From the NCBI GenBank assembly GCA_009695465.1, contig SIAW01000003.1:1-63369 (forward strand): a stretch of 63,369 nucleotides of DNA, in the 5' to 3' direction. Of the stretch, positions 47,350-57,554 are shown in pieces. Position 1 is the first letter of the stretch. Every line of letters starts with the position of its first letter. The stretch comes from Pedosphaera sp. (GTDB taxonomy: Bacteria; Verrucomicrobiota; Verrucomicrobiia; Limisphaerales; UBA1100). Position numbers and translations under genes: made by a program. The notes below the pieces were generated by a model. That model worked only from the letters and a program-made list of their open reading frames with translations. It was not told the DNA's origin and searched no databases.

Positions 47350-48243
47350 TTAATTCCGCATTTCAAAATTGATGGTGAAGGTCTGCTGCGTCTCCTTCAC
47401 CCCGGCAGGAAACGGCCTGCCGATGGCCTGCACCGTGTTAATGGCGCGTTGCACCGTTTCATCCAGCGGCGCCCGCCCCGACCGTTTTACCACCGCAGCA
47501 GATTTCACGCTGCCATCCTTCAAGATCACCACGCGCACCGTGACCATCTCGGTGTAAAACTGTCTCGGCCAACCGCCCGCCTTCCAAGCCTCCTGATAAA
47601 TCTGAACGACCAGCCCTTCGTAGCCAGAATAGCTGGAAGCACCCGGCGTGAAGGAGATCGGGTTGACGCCGTCCGACATCTGCCCGCGCAACGAGCCCAC
47701 CGCGTTGGGATTGACGAGTGACGCCAGCTTGGTGGCATGCGAAGGCCCGCCGCTCTTCGCATTCGGCACATTGGGATTGGGACGCTCGACCACCTTCGTG
47801 CTGATGTTGGGCTTGGGACGGCTGTTCTCTTTGGGCGCAGTCTTGTTGGCGGATTTATCAACCGCACGTGGCGTGACTTTATCCGGCCCCTTGGGCGTGG
47901 TTTTCTCGACCGTCTTTGGCGTCGCCTTTTCCACATGCCGCGGCGTGGGCGGATCCGGCTGCGATGGCGTGGGCGGTTGTGGCGGCTGCGGAGGACTCGG
48001 CTGCTGTGGTTCCGGCGTTGGCGGAGTCGGCTGCGCTGGCTGCGACGTCTCCACACGGCGCGCCGTTGTCGGGTCGGCTTTGAGGCCCAACGGAGGCGCA
48101 CCATCAATGCTCATCGTGATCACCCGCGTGGCGCGAACCGGTTGTTTGCTGGTGGCAAACGCCAGTCCAAACACGACCGCTGCGATCAGCAGCGCGTGCA
48201 CGCCCGCCGAGAAGGCGTAACATTTTTTGCGGAGCCGGTTCAT
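47350..48243 (-). CDS. tolA: TolA/TonB-like energy-transducer protein
   Basis: From ATG 48243 (ATGA overlap with the tolR stop) the protein reads MNRLRKKCYAFSAGVHALLIAAVVFGL (TM anchor). It has a Pro-rich spacer (PTPPTPEPQQPSPPQPPQPPTPSQPDPPTP) and a C-terminal TonB_C-like domain. Confidence 0.72.
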   Translation of the reverse strand: MNRLRKKCYAFSAGVHALLIAAVVFGLAFATSKQPVRATRVITMSIDGAPPLGLKADPTTARRVETSQPAQPTPPTPEPQQPSPPQPPQPPTPSQPDPPTPRHVEKATPKTVEKTTPKGPDKVTPRAVDKSANKTAPKENSRPKPNISTKVVERPNPNVPNAKSGGPSHATKLASLVNPNAVGSLRGQMSDGVNPISFTPGASSYSGYEGLVVQIYQEAWKAGGWPRQFYTEMVTVRVVILKDGSVKSAAVVKRSGRAPLDETVQRAINTVQAIGRPFPAGVKETQQTFTINFEMRN

Positions 48244-48662
48244 CCTGTGCGCGGACGTGTGCGCAGCGAGAACCGCGTGATCTGGTTGCGCTGGCACATG
48301 TCAATCACCTCGTACAAATGTTTGTTGCGGCCTTCCTCATCCACACGAATGAAAATCACCATGTTGGTGTTGCCACGAAAGGCGCGCACCAGTTCCTGCT
48401 CCATCGCGGGCATTCCAACCTGCCGGCCGTCGAGGCGGAATTGACCAGCCGGAGTGATGTCGATGGTGTGTTTGATCTCGGGCAGGCGCGCCTCGGTGTC
48501 GCCGCCTTTGGGCAGATTCAGATTCATCCCCTGCTCCAGCAACGGCGTGGCGATGATGAAAATAATGAGCAGCACGAACGCCAAATCGAGCATGGGCGTG
48601 ATGTTGATATCGCTCAACGTCACCAGCTCGTTGCGTTTGGAAACACGTCGGATGGCCATCAA
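48240..48662 (-). CDS. tolR: ExbD/TolR biopolymer transport protein
   Basis: 140 aa with INITPMLDLAFVLLIIFII (conserved Asp in the TM helix) and a periplasmic domain. 4-nt overlap with tolQ. Confidence 0.88.
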   Translation of the reverse strand: MMAIRRVSKRNELVTLSDINITPMLDLAFVLLIIFIIATPLLEQGMNLNLPKGGDTEARLPEIKHTIDITPAGQFRLDGRQVGMPAMEQELVRAFRGNTNMVIFIRVDEEGRNKHLYEVIDMCQRNQITRFSLRTRPRTG

Positions 48663-49507
48663 CTCACCCCGCTTTCCACGCCTTCCATGGCGGTCTCATG
48701 CACTCGAGTCTCATGCGCGCGCGTGCGCGGTGCGGCACTGGAAGCGCTCGGATTGCTGGCCGCAGTGCGTTCTGCAGTCCGGGTTCCCGGCCTGTCCTCC
48801 AAACACTCGGACTCCATCCGCGCAACAAACTCCTGCGCGAAGTTGTCCAGCCCCACGTTGTGTACGCGCAAATTATGAACCAGCCAGTTGTAGCCAAACA
48901 TGGAAGGAATCGCCACGAGCAGTCCCGCCAACGTGGTGGCCAACGCCGAGGCCACACCGGGCGCGACGTGCGTGAGCGATGCGCTGCCCGCCTGTGCCGC
49001 GCCGCTGAACACCTCCATCACGCCCCACACCGTGCCGAACAAACCGATGAAGGGTGAACCGCTCACGGCCACCGCCAGCAGGATCAACCCGCTTTCCAAA
49101 CGGATGGCCTCGCGGGCAACTGATGCTTCGATGACGCCTTTGATGTGCTCCATGGCCTTGATCGAAACGGCCTTGGCCCGTTCGCCCTGTCCTTGTTTTA
49201 AACGCTGCTCCAACGCCTGGCAGCCATCCTGATAGACGGTGAACATCGGACAGCCCTCCGCCGTGATGCGCTTTTCGAACATCGTGGTGACGGTGTTCTG
49301 CGAGCGGAAGCCGTCTTGAAAATAATCGTTGTACTTGCGCGCGCGGCGCATCTGCAGCGCCTTGTACACCATCACGCCCCACGCGCACATGGATAGGATG
49401 AGCAAGAGCACGATGATGCCCAAGCCCACCGGGTCCACTTCCTCCCAGACAAAACGAATAGTTGGTCTTTTGGCCGCTTCCGCAGCCAGTATCAACGGGA
49501 AATCCAT
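48659..49507 (-). CDS. tolQ: MotA/TolQ/ExbB proton-channel protein
   Basis: 282 aa with three TM helices and LAVAVSGSPFIGLFGTVWGVM...ALATTLAGLLVAIP signature segments. Confidence 0.88.
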   Translation of the reverse strand: MDFPLILAAEAAKRPTIRFVWEEVDPVGLGIIVLLLILSMCAWGVMVYKALQMRRARKYNDYFQDGFRSQNTVTTMFEKRITAEGCPMFTVYQDGCQALEQRLKQGQGERAKAVSIKAMEHIKGVIEASVAREAIRLESGLILLAVAVSGSPFIGLFGTVWGVMEVFSGAAQAGSASLTHVAPGVASALATTLAGLLVAIPSMFGYNWLVHNLRVHNVGLDNFAQEFVARMESECLEDRPGTRTAERTAASNPSASSAAPRTRAHETRVHETAMEGVESGVS

Positions 49508-49687
49508 CTGATCACCTCCGGTACGATTCCTCCTGTGAGCCCAGTTTGTAGCGCCTCATGCCCCGCAAAGTCAAAGTTTTTCGCTGACGAACCCACCTTT
49601 TCGCCTCATAAGACCGACTCGGGCAACGCGCGGCAACCAATTGATGTTAACCCTATTCACAGCCGTTTGTTGACAGCTTCCAACCCC

Positions 49688-51280
49688 GTGAGCGCCTCCT
49701 GCGACATCCTCTTCCTCGGCAGCGGACACAATGCACTCGTGGCCCAAGCCTATTTGGCGCGCGCCGGACTGCGCACGCTGTGCCTGGAACAAAGCCCCGT
49801 CGCAGGCGGTGGATTGGCCACGATAGAAAACCCGCACCTGCCGGGTTTTCTCCACAATCCCCACTCGTTCTTTCATCGCGGCATCACCGCCATGCCATGG
49901 TATCGCGATCTGGAATTGGAATCGCTCGGCGCGCGGTATGTGGAGCCTGCCCTCAATGTCGCCCTGCTCTGCCGCGACGGTCGCCGGTTGGAATGGTGGG
50001 TGGATCCGGAACGCACCATCGCCTCCTTCGCCAACTTTTCCAAACAGGATGCCGTGACGTTGCGCCGTTGGATGGATGAGTTCCGCCCGATCGCCACCGA
50101 CATCCTCGCCGCCGAAGCGCAATCGCCCCCGTTGCCGCGCGAACAACGCCGCGCGCTACTCAACCGCACTCCCGCAGGTCGCCGACTCTTGGATGTCTCC
50201 GCGTGCTCGCCGCTGGAATTTGTCACGCGCGAGTTTGAGAACGACACCATCCGCGCCGGGCTCCTCTTCTTCAACGGCCTGCGCGAAATTGATCTGCGCC
50301 AGCGCGGATTTGGCCATGCCATCCCCGCCCTGCTCGCCTCGCCGCGCAAGGCCCAGCTCTGTATCGGCGGCTCGGCCAACCTCGCCCGCGCGTTGGTGGC
50401 GGCCATCGAACAGCACGGCGGCCAAATCCGTTGCGGGGTGTCAATCACCCGCATCCTCCTGCACAACGGCAACGCCGTCGGCGTCGAATTAAACAGCGGC
50501 GAGGTCATCCACGCGCAGACTGTCGTCTCCGGACTAAACCCGCAGCAGACTTTTCTGCAATTGTTGCCCGCCGAATCTGTGCCCGCTGCCCTGCGCGCAC
50601 AGGCTGCGGGTTTCCAATACAACCTGCTGGCGCCGCTGTTTGGATTGCATGTCGCGTTGGATGCGCCGCCGCAATATGGCCCATTCGATGAGCCGCCTTT
50701 CATGACCATCCTCGGCCTCGAACGCTTTGGCCAATTCCACGACATCGTTCGCGCGCATGAACGCGGCGAGATTCCCGACACCGTCGCGTGGGGCGCCTGT
50801 CCCACATTGCATGATCCTTCGCAGGCACCGCCGCATCAGCACACGGCATTTCTCTGGGAGAAACTTCCATTTGCACTGCGCGGGGATGCCGCAAATTGGA
50901 AGAGGGAAACGGCCGCGCACGCACAACGGCTCCTGGATTTCTGGGCGGACTACGCGCCCAACCTGCGCGCCAGTGTACTGGATCAGTTTGCGTTATCGCC
51001 CGCCGACACCGTCGCGACGCTGCCCAACATGACCGATGGCGATCTGCTCGTCGGCGCTTTCTCCAACGATCAGGTGGGCCATCACCGCCCGTTTCCCGGC
51101 GCGGGCAATTACCGCACGCCTATCGGCCAGCTTTATTTGTGCGGCGGCTCCACGCATCCCGGCGGCAACATCACCGGACTGTGCGGCTACAACGCCGCCG
51201 GTGTCATCGCGGCAGATGCCGGGATTAAACATTGGTGGAACCCGCCCAATCTGGTGGCGCACTTGGAAAGCCTGCGCTGA
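49688..51280 (+). CDS. phytoene-desaturase-family NAD(P)/FAD-dependent oxidoreductase
   Basis: From GTG 49688 the protein reads (M)SASCDILFLGSGHNALVAQAYLARAGLRTLCLEQSPVAGGG (Rossmann GxGxxA). C-terminal GGSTHPGGNITG motif. The track start at 49535 adds 51 low-GC, non-family residues, so the start is uncertain. Confidence 0.72.
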   Translation: MSASCDILFLGSGHNALVAQAYLARAGLRTLCLEQSPVAGGGLATIENPHLPGFLHNPHSFFHRGITAMPWYRDLELESLGARYVEPALNVALLCRDGRRLEWWVDPERTIASFANFSKQDAVTLRRWMDEFRPIATDILAAEAQSPPLPREQRRALLNRTPAGRRLLDVSACSPLEFVTREFENDTIRAGLLFFNGLREIDLRQRGFGHAIPALLASPRKAQLCIGGSANLARALVAAIEQHGGQIRCGVSITRILLHNGNAVGVELNSGEVIHAQTVVSGLNPQQTFLQLLPAESVPAALRAQAAGFQYNLLAPLFGLHVALDAPPQYGPFDEPPFMTILGLERFGQFHDIVRAHERGEIPDTVAWGACPTLHDPSQAPPHQHTAFLWEKLPFALRGDAANWKRETAAHAQRLLDFWADYAPNLRASVLDQFALSPADTVATLPNMTDGDLLVGAFSNDQVGHHRPFPGAGNYRTPIGQLYLCGGSTHPGGNITGLCGYNAAGVIAADAGIKHWWNPPNLVAHLESLR

Positions 51281-51288
51281 CGTCGCGC

Positions 51289-53484
51289 TCACTCTGGGCT
51301 GAGAATCACGCAGGACAGCGGCGGCAGGATGAATTCAACCGAGAACGGCTGCGCGTGCCACGGCACGGGCTGGGCTTGAACACCGCCGTGGTTACCGCAG
51401 TTGCTGCCGCCGTAACTCGCCGCATCGCTGTTGATCAACTCCCGCCAAAACCCGCCGCACGGCAAGCCCACCCGATATGCGTAGCGCGGTACGGGCGTGA
51501 GATTGAGCAACACCAGCACGCGGCGAGTGCCGTCGGTGTTTTGCCGGATGAACGTCAGCACGCTCTGGCTGCGGTCGTTGCAATCCAGCCAATAAAATCC
51601 GCCCTCCTCGTAATCTGCATCCCACAAGGCGGGTTCCTGTTTGTAAACACGGTTGAGATCCGCCACGTACTGTTGCAGTCCGCAATGGTACGGGCCTTGC
51701 CCCAGCAACGCCCAATGCAGCTCGCCGTTCTCGTCCCACTCGGCGGATTGCCCGAACTCGCCGCCCATGAAGATCAGTTGCTTGCCCGGCAGACACCATT
51801 GGCTGCCCAACAACGCACGCAGATTGGCGAAGCGCTGCCAGTCATCGCCGGGCATGCGGCCCAAGAGCGAGCGTTTGCCGTGCACTACCTCGTCGTGCGA
51901 GAGCGGGCGCAGATAATTTTCATTGCGCTGATACGACGTCGAAAAGGTCAGGCTGTCCTGATGCCACTGGCGATGCACCGGGTCGTGCTGGAAAAACTGG
52001 AGCGTGTCGTGCATCCAACCCAAGTCCCACTTGAAGGTGAAACCCAGTCCACCCTCTTCCACCGGGCGCGTGACCTTTGGCCAGTTGGTGGATTCCTCCG
52101 CGATGGTCACCACGCCGGGATGATCGTCGTGGATGAGTTGATTGGCCTGCTGCAGAAATTCCACCGCGTCGAGGTTGCGATTGTCGCCGTGGATATTGGG
52201 CACCCACTCGCCGGGCTTGCGCGAGTAATCCAAGTGGAGCATCGAAGCCACCGCGTCGGTGCGCAGGCCGTCCACGTGAAAGACGTCGCACCAGTAAAGT
52301 GCGTTGGCGACGAGAAAATTGCGGACCTCGTTGCGGGCAAAATCAAACACGAGCGTGCCCCAATCAGGATGCTCGCCGCGCCGTGGATCGGCATGCTCGT
52401 ACAAGGCCGTGCCGTCAAAGCGCGCCAGCGCCCAGTCGTCGCGCGGGAAATGCGCCGGCACCCAGTCCATCAACACGCCGATGCCCGCCTCGTGCAGCGC
52501 GTTGATGAGGTGTTGAAAATCATCGGGCGTGCCGTAACGGCTGGTGGGCGCGTAGAAACCGGTCACCTGATAACCCCACGACGGGTAATAGGCATGCTCC
52601 GCGACGGGCATAAATTCCACATGCGTGAAACCCATCCGCCGCAGATAATCAATCAGCGGCCCAGCCAATTCGAGATAGGAGAAGGACTCGGCCTTGCGTT
52701 TCTTGCGCCACGAACCCAAGTGCATCTCGTAAATGCTCATGGGCGATCGCAGCGGATTGGCGGCTGCGCGACGCGCGCACCACGCCTCATCGCTCCACGC
52801 AAACTTGCGCGTGTCCCAAACGATGGCCGAGTTCTTGGGTGCCAGTTCAAAAAAGAAACCGAAAGGATCGGTCTTCTCCTGCAATCGTCCAGCAGCGGTG
52901 AGGATCTCAAACTTGTAATGATCCCCAGCCTGCACGCCCGGCACGAAAAGTTCCCACACGCCCGACGCGCCCAGGTGCCGCATCAAGTGCCGGTCGCCGC
53001 GCCAACTGTTAAACGCGCCCTTCACGCTGACCCGTTGCGCATTGGGTGCCCACACAGCGAAACTCGCGCCGGGCACGCCGTCGGGTTGGCGCAAGTGCGC
53101 GCCCAGCTTGTTGTAAATCCGCCGCTCATCGCCTTTGCCAAAGAGGAAAAGGTCCGCCTCACTCAACGTCGGCAGAAACGAGTAGGGATCGCGAGTGCGC
53201 GTCTGCTCGCCATTCTCCCATTGCACCGCGAGGTCGTACGCACACACGCCGCTGACGTCTGTCGCGATGCCTTCAAATAAATCCGTGGTGCCGATGCGCC
53301 GCAGCGGAATGGCCGCGCACTTCAGTTCGTGCAACGGCACCGCCATCACCGCGCGGGCGGATGGCAACAGCGCGCGCACCACCACACCGCGGCGACTCTC
53401 CAGCCGGTGCATGCCCAGCAAGTCGTGCGGCGTGCCGTGCCGCCGTTCCACCAACGCGGCCAGTTCTATCTCAGACAAGATCAC
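51289..53484 (-). CDS. glgB: 1,4-alpha-glucan branching enzyme
   Basis: 731 aa with GH13 motifs DWVPAHF, GLRTDAVASM, AEESTNWP and SHDEVVHGK, and full-length GlgB similarity. Confidence 0.96.
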   Translation of the reverse strand: MILSEIELAALVERRHGTPHDLLGMHRLESRRGVVVRALLPSARAVMAVPLHELKCAAIPLRRIGTTDLFEGIATDVSGVCAYDLAVQWENGEQTRTRDPYSFLPTLSEADLFLFGKGDERRIYNKLGAHLRQPDGVPGASFAVWAPNAQRVSVKGAFNSWRGDRHLMRHLGASGVWELFVPGVQAGDHYKFEILTAAGRLQEKTDPFGFFFELAPKNSAIVWDTRKFAWSDEAWCARRAAANPLRSPMSIYEMHLGSWRKKRKAESFSYLELAGPLIDYLRRMGFTHVEFMPVAEHAYYPSWGYQVTGFYAPTSRYGTPDDFQHLINALHEAGIGVLMDWVPAHFPRDDWALARFDGTALYEHADPRRGEHPDWGTLVFDFARNEVRNFLVANALYWCDVFHVDGLRTDAVASMLHLDYSRKPGEWVPNIHGDNRNLDAVEFLQQANQLIHDDHPGVVTIAEESTNWPKVTRPVEEGGLGFTFKWDLGWMHDTLQFFQHDPVHRQWHQDSLTFSTSYQRNENYLRPLSHDEVVHGKRSLLGRMPGDDWQRFANLRALLGSQWCLPGKQLIFMGGEFGQSAEWDENGELHWALLGQGPYHCGLQQYVADLNRVYKQEPALWDADYEEGGFYWLDCNDRSQSVLTFIRQNTDGTRRVLVLLNLTPVPRYAYRVGLPCGGFWRELINSDAASYGGSNCGNHGGVQAQPVPWHAQPFSVEFILPPLSCVILSPE

Positions 53485-53505
53485 GGGAACATCAATCAGA
53501 CCGAC

Positions 53506-54105
53506 TCAGACCGCGCGGCAACTGTCGTCCAGCAGGAGCAGCAACTGCGCGCGCAGTGCCTCAAGATCGCCCTCGGTCCACAGCACAGTATCGGCCCGCG
53601 CCATTTTTTCCGCCACCGACATCTGCGCGGCGATGCGCTGCTCAATCTGCTCCGCCGTCCAGCCGCGCGCGTGAAGACGGGCGTGCTGGGTGGCTTCCGT
53701 GCAGGCCACGCAGATGATGTGATCCATCTGACTCTCGGCCTGCACCTCGTAAAGCAATGGAATCACCACGGCTGCGCGGGGCACCTGCGTTGCGCGCCAC
53801 TGTTTAATTTGCGCCAGCCACAGCGAACGAACGCGGGGATGAATGATGGCCTCGAGTTTCTGCCGCGCTTGCGGATGAGCAAAGACATGCTGGGCCATTT
53901 TGGGGCGATCCAGTTGGCCAGCGGCGGTGATAAAACCATTACCAAATGTCTGCCGAATTTCCTCCAACGCCGGCGCACCGGCCATCACCACATCGCGGGC
54001 AAGTTGGTCGCTGTCCACCACGGGGATGCCTCTCTCCAACAGCAACTGGGCGACGGTGGACTTGCCCATGCCCACGCCGCCAGTGATGCCGTAAACAGTG
54101 GTCAT
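53506..54105 (-). CDS. coaE: dephospho-CoA kinase
   Basis: 199 aa starting MTTVYGITGGVGMGKSTVA (P-loop). 4-nt overlap with the metF stop. Confidence 0.9.
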   Translation of the reverse strand: MTTVYGITGGVGMGKSTVAQLLLERGIPVVDSDQLARDVVMAGAPALEEIRQTFGNGFITAAGQLDRPKMAQHVFAHPQARQKLEAIIHPRVRSLWLAQIKQWRATQVPRAAVVIPLLYEVQAESQMDHIICVACTEATQHARLHARGWTAEQIEQRIAAQMSVAEKMARADTVLWTEGDLEALRAQLLLLLDDSCRAV

Positions 54106-54995
54106 GCGTCACCTATGCCCAAGTTCTGCAGGATGCGCGTGATGGAGTGCGCCTTGTTGAGGGTGTAAAAGTGAATCCCCTCAACGCCGGCGGCGAGCAG
54201 TTCGCGGCACTGGGCCGTCGCGCATTCGATGCCAAACTCGCGCACAGCCTCGTCGTTGTCGCCCAACGCGGTGAGCCGCGCTTCGATTTGCGGCGTGAGC
54301 CTCGCGCCACACATCTGGGTGAACCGCCGGATCTGCGCCGCGCCGAGGATGGGAATGATTCCCGGCTGGATGGGGACGGTCATCCCGGCCGCGCGCATGT
54401 AATCGCGGAACTCGAAGTAGTCGCGGTTGTCGAAGAAGAGCTGCGTGATCACGAAGTCGGCGCCACAGTCCACCTTGGCCTTGAGCCGATCCCAATCCAC
54501 GCGCTTGCCACCGGTGCAGGCGATGTGGCCTTCCGGAAATCCAGCGGTGCCGATGGAGAAGCCATTCATCTGGCGGATGTGCTCGACCAGTTGATAGGAA
54601 AATTCGAAGCCCCCGTCGGTCTTGTGAAACTCCCCCTGCCCTCCCGGCGGATCGCCGCGCAGGGCGAGAATGTTTTGGATGCCGCGCCGGCGCGCCTCTT
54701 CCAGCACGCTGTGGATCTCCTCTTGCGTGGCGTTGACACAGGTCAGATGCGCCATGGCGGGGATGCCGTGTTCGCGCTGGATGCGATCCACGATGTCGAG
54801 GGTCTTGTCGCGGGTGCTGCCGCCGGCACCGTAGGTGACCGAGCAGAAATCCGGGCGCAGGCGTTTGAGCTCGGGAATCGTCTTGGTCAACAGCGCGACG
54901 TCGCCCTCCGCAGTTTTGGGCGGGAAGAACTCGAAGGAAATCACGGGCTTACCAGCCGCTGCTTTCTCACGAAAGATGTCTCGGATAAAACGCAT
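54102..54995 (-). CDS. metF: methylenetetrahydrofolate reductase [NAD(P)H]
   Basis: 297 aa with ISFEFFPPKT, CSVTYGAGGSTR, HLTC, ALRGDPP and ITQLFFD motifs. Confidence 0.93.
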   Translation of the reverse strand: MRFIRDIFREKAAAGKPVISFEFFPPKTAEGDVALLTKTIPELKRLRPDFCSVTYGAGGSTRDKTLDIVDRIQREHGIPAMAHLTCVNATQEEIHSVLEEARRRGIQNILALRGDPPGGQGEFHKTDGGFEFSYQLVEHIRQMNGFSIGTAGFPEGHIACTGGKRVDWDRLKAKVDCGADFVITQLFFDNRDYFEFRDYMRAAGMTVPIQPGIIPILGAAQIRRFTQMCGARLTPQIEARLTALGDNDEAVREFGIECATAQCRELLAAGVEGIHFYTLNKAHSITRILQNLGIGDA

Positions 54996-55054
54996 CTGGC
55001 GCGACTATGCGCGAAAGACTGCGCGCTGTTCAAGCAGCCATGCCAGCAGGGCGA

Positions 55055-56119
55055 TCAGCCGCCGATGGCGCTCATGGGGCGGTCGGGCTGCTGAAAGCCT
55101 TCCTCGCCGATGTGGTGCCGGGCTTCTTTGTGCAGGATCACACCGCGCAGCCAGGCCGCCACCGTTTCATCGTCCGCAGCGTTGGCGCCGTCGCGCAACT
55201 GCGCCTTCAGATCGTGCTCGTGCAGACTGAAAAGGCAGGTGCGGATCTTTCCATCAGCGGTCAAGCGCAGGCGATTGCAGTGCCCGCAGAAGGGTTCGGA
55301 GACGGGCGCGATGAATCCCACCTCGCCTCGGCCATCGGCAAAACGCCAGCGAGTGGCGGTGGCGGATTTGCTGTCAGCCACGACAGGTTCCAGCGCATGC
55401 CGAGCCTGCAACCGCGCCAGAATCTCGCGCGCGGGCACGACGTGTTCCATCTGCCATGCGCGGCGCGAATCCAGCGGCATGAACTCGATGTATCGCAGCG
55501 CGATGTTTTCGGCGCGGGCAAATTCTGCCAGCGATTCAATCTCGTGATCGTTGAGATGGCGGATGATGACGGCGTTGACGCGCAGCGGGTGAAAGCCCAA
55601 GTCGCGCGCCAGCCGGATGGCCTTGAGCACGGTGTCCAGCGCGTCGCGCCCAGTCAGCTTGGTGAAGTTGTCGCGCTCCAAGGAATCCAAGCTGATGGTC
55701 ACGCGCCGCAAGCCCGCCTTGCGCAGGGCTTCGGCTTGTTCCACAAAATGAAATCCGTTGGTGGTGAGCGCCAGATCTTTCAGCCCATCAATCGCCGCCA
55801 GTCGCGCCACCAGCGCGGGCACATCTCGGCGTAGCAACGGCTCGCCGCCGGTGAGGCGAATCTTCTCCACGCCGTGCGCCACGGCGATGCGCGTGACGCG
55901 CTCAATCTCCTCGTAGGTGAGCAGATTGACGCGCGGTTTCCAAACGTAGGGAATGGGTGTCGCGGTTTCGCTGCGGCGGGTGCGAAAGAAATTCGCTGCC
56001 TCTTCCGTCTCGGGCAGACAGTAGAGGCAGCGAAAATTGCAGCGATCCGTCAGGCTGATCCGCAGGTCGCGGATGATCCGGCCAAATGAGTCCGTGAACG
56101 TCTTGGGAACGTGGGTCAC
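55055..56119 (-). CDS. moaA: GTP 3',8-cyclase (molybdenum cofactor biosynthesis, radical SAM)
   Basis: 354 aa with LRISLTDRCNFRCLYCLPE (CxxxCxxC), LTGGEPLLR and a C-terminal CGHCNRLRLTADGK cluster motif. Confidence 0.93.
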   Translation of the reverse strand: MTHVPKTFTDSFGRIIRDLRISLTDRCNFRCLYCLPETEEAANFFRTRRSETATPIPYVWKPRVNLLTYEEIERVTRIAVAHGVEKIRLTGGEPLLRRDVPALVARLAAIDGLKDLALTTNGFHFVEQAEALRKAGLRRVTISLDSLERDNFTKLTGRDALDTVLKAIRLARDLGFHPLRVNAVIIRHLNDHEIESLAEFARAENIALRYIEFMPLDSRRAWQMEHVVPAREILARLQARHALEPVVADSKSATATRWRFADGRGEVGFIAPVSEPFCGHCNRLRLTADGKIRTCLFSLHEHDLKAQLRDGANAADDETVAAWLRGVILHKEARHHIGEEGFQQPDRPMSAIGG

Positions 56120-57366
56120 TTTTTCGGAGCGGCCGGGGTCGTCGCGGGCGACGGCGTGACCACTCCTTTGACCTCTGCGGGCTTCGGTGCAGCGGGCGCG
56201 GAAGTCTCAGACTTCGGCGCGGCGGGCACGGGAGCCACGGGCACAGCAGGTGTTGAAGGAGTGGCAGGCGGCGCGGTCACTTTGGGGACCTCGGGCGCGG
56301 TTGGGGATTTGGGTTGTTCCGGCGCCTTCGGGGTTTCCTTGGGCTGCTCGGACTTCGGTGCTTCTTTCGGCGCTTCCGTTTCGATGGGTTGGATGTTGAT
56401 GCTGCCGTCGTCCTTGAGTTCGACGCTCAAGCGGCTGGGCTTCTTGCTCGTGGCGGGCGCGGGCGACTGCTGATGCTCAGCGTACTTGGCCAGCAACGAC
56501 TGCATGGCCGGTGAATCGGCGTCCTTGGCGTAGATGCCCACCCGACGGCGAATCCAGTCAATGCGCTGCTGCACGACGAACTCTTCCTGCAACTTTTTGT
56601 ACTGCGTCCGCACGTATTCCAGATCGTTCAGTTGACGCTCCAAGACAATCTTCTCGTCTTCCATCCGGCTCAACTCGCGGCGCAGATAGGTGGCGTCACC
56701 TTCGGAGGATGCCAGCTTCTTCTTGGTTTCATCAATGTTCTTTTCCAAGGAGCCCAACTGATTCTTCAGGCCGCCCAACTGTTGGTTCACCTGATCCAGA
56801 TTGGTTTCCAGCTTGGCGATCTTGACGCGATCCTCTTCCGACTTCTTGACAGCGTCGGTCAACGCGACGGTCTTGGCGTCCAATTCTTTTTTCTTCGTGT
56901 CGAGTTCCTTGGCGACGGCCAGTTGCTCAACGGTCTTCTCCGCCAGCTTCTGCTCCACGGCAGCCACGTTGGTTTTGGTCTGCACCAAATCCTTCTGCGC
57001 AGCGATCAGGTTCGTCTTGGTGCTGGCCAAGTCGGTCTTCACCAGCGCGAGGTCAGCCTTCACCTGCTCGCGATCCTTGGTTGCGGCCAAGAGTTCCTGA
57101 TCCACCTTGCTCTTCTCTTGAGTCGCCGTGGAAAGCTGCCCGCCCAGCGAGCTGATCTCGTTCTCTTTGGTGGAAACCTCTTCGGAGGATTTCTTCAGTT
57201 TGCCATCCAGATCGGCAACCTGTCCTTGGAACTGGTTGACCGCTTTGGCGTGGTCTGTTGCGATTGTGTTGGCGCTTGCCTTGGCCTTGTTGGTCTGTAC
57301 CACGAGCAGGATCCCAAGGCCCAGCGTGCTGGCGAGCAGGAGGATGACGGGGAGTTTTTGTTTCAT
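56116..57366 (-). CDS. membrane-anchored coiled-coil protein with Pro/Ala/Lys-rich C-terminus, function unknown
   Basis: From ATG 57366 the protein reads MKQKLPVILLLASTLGLGILLVV (TM helix). About 250 aa of heptad-rich sequence follow (KTDLASTKTNLIAAQKDLVQTKTNVAAVEQKL...). The tail is PKEAPKSEQPKETPKAPEQPKSP.... Its stop overlaps the moaA start by 4 nt. GC is visibly lower than in the neighbouring genes. Confidence 0.6.
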   Translation of the reverse strand: MKQKLPVILLLASTLGLGILLVVQTNKAKASANTIATDHAKAVNQFQGQVADLDGKLKKSSEEVSTKENEISSLGGQLSTATQEKSKVDQELLAATKDREQVKADLALVKTDLASTKTNLIAAQKDLVQTKTNVAAVEQKLAEKTVEQLAVAKELDTKKKELDAKTVALTDAVKKSEEDRVKIAKLETNLDQVNQQLGGLKNQLGSLEKNIDETKKKLASSEGDATYLRRELSRMEDEKIVLERQLNDLEYVRTQYKKLQEEFVVQQRIDWIRRRVGIYAKDADSPAMQSLLAKYAEHQQSPAPATSKKPSRLSVELKDDGSINIQPIETEAPKEAPKSEQPKETPKAPEQPKSPTAPEVPKVTAPPATPSTPAVPVAPVPAAPKSETSAPAAPKPAEVKGVVTPSPATTPAAPKK

Positions 57367-57554
57367 AAATTGCGGGCGCATTCTGCCGCAGGTCACCTGA
57401 GAGGCCAGTACGGCTTATTGGTTTTTATCCAGACCCAACTAACAACTTATTTCCCGGCGCCTGCGCGCGGCGGCAAAGTGTCGCGTGATTAAGTCGGAAG
57501 GTGTTGAAAAGTTTTGGTCGCGCAATCCCTCTTCGACCGTAATGATGTCGCGCC

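Noticed and set aside
49535-49687. The first 51 codons of the oxidoreductase ORF as real coding sequence
   Set aside because: This stretch is visibly lower in GC and shows no similarity to the family. The Rossmann GxGxxA motif begins 8 residues after GTG 49688. It more likely holds the divergent promoters for tolQ and this gene. The start nevertheless remains uncertain.
54996-56119. Search for a Moco riboswitch before moaA or a SAM/THF-type leader before metF
   Set aside because: The moaA start overlaps the upstream CDS, so it has no leader. The metF leader is only 59 nt, and I could recognise no conserved riboswitch core in it.
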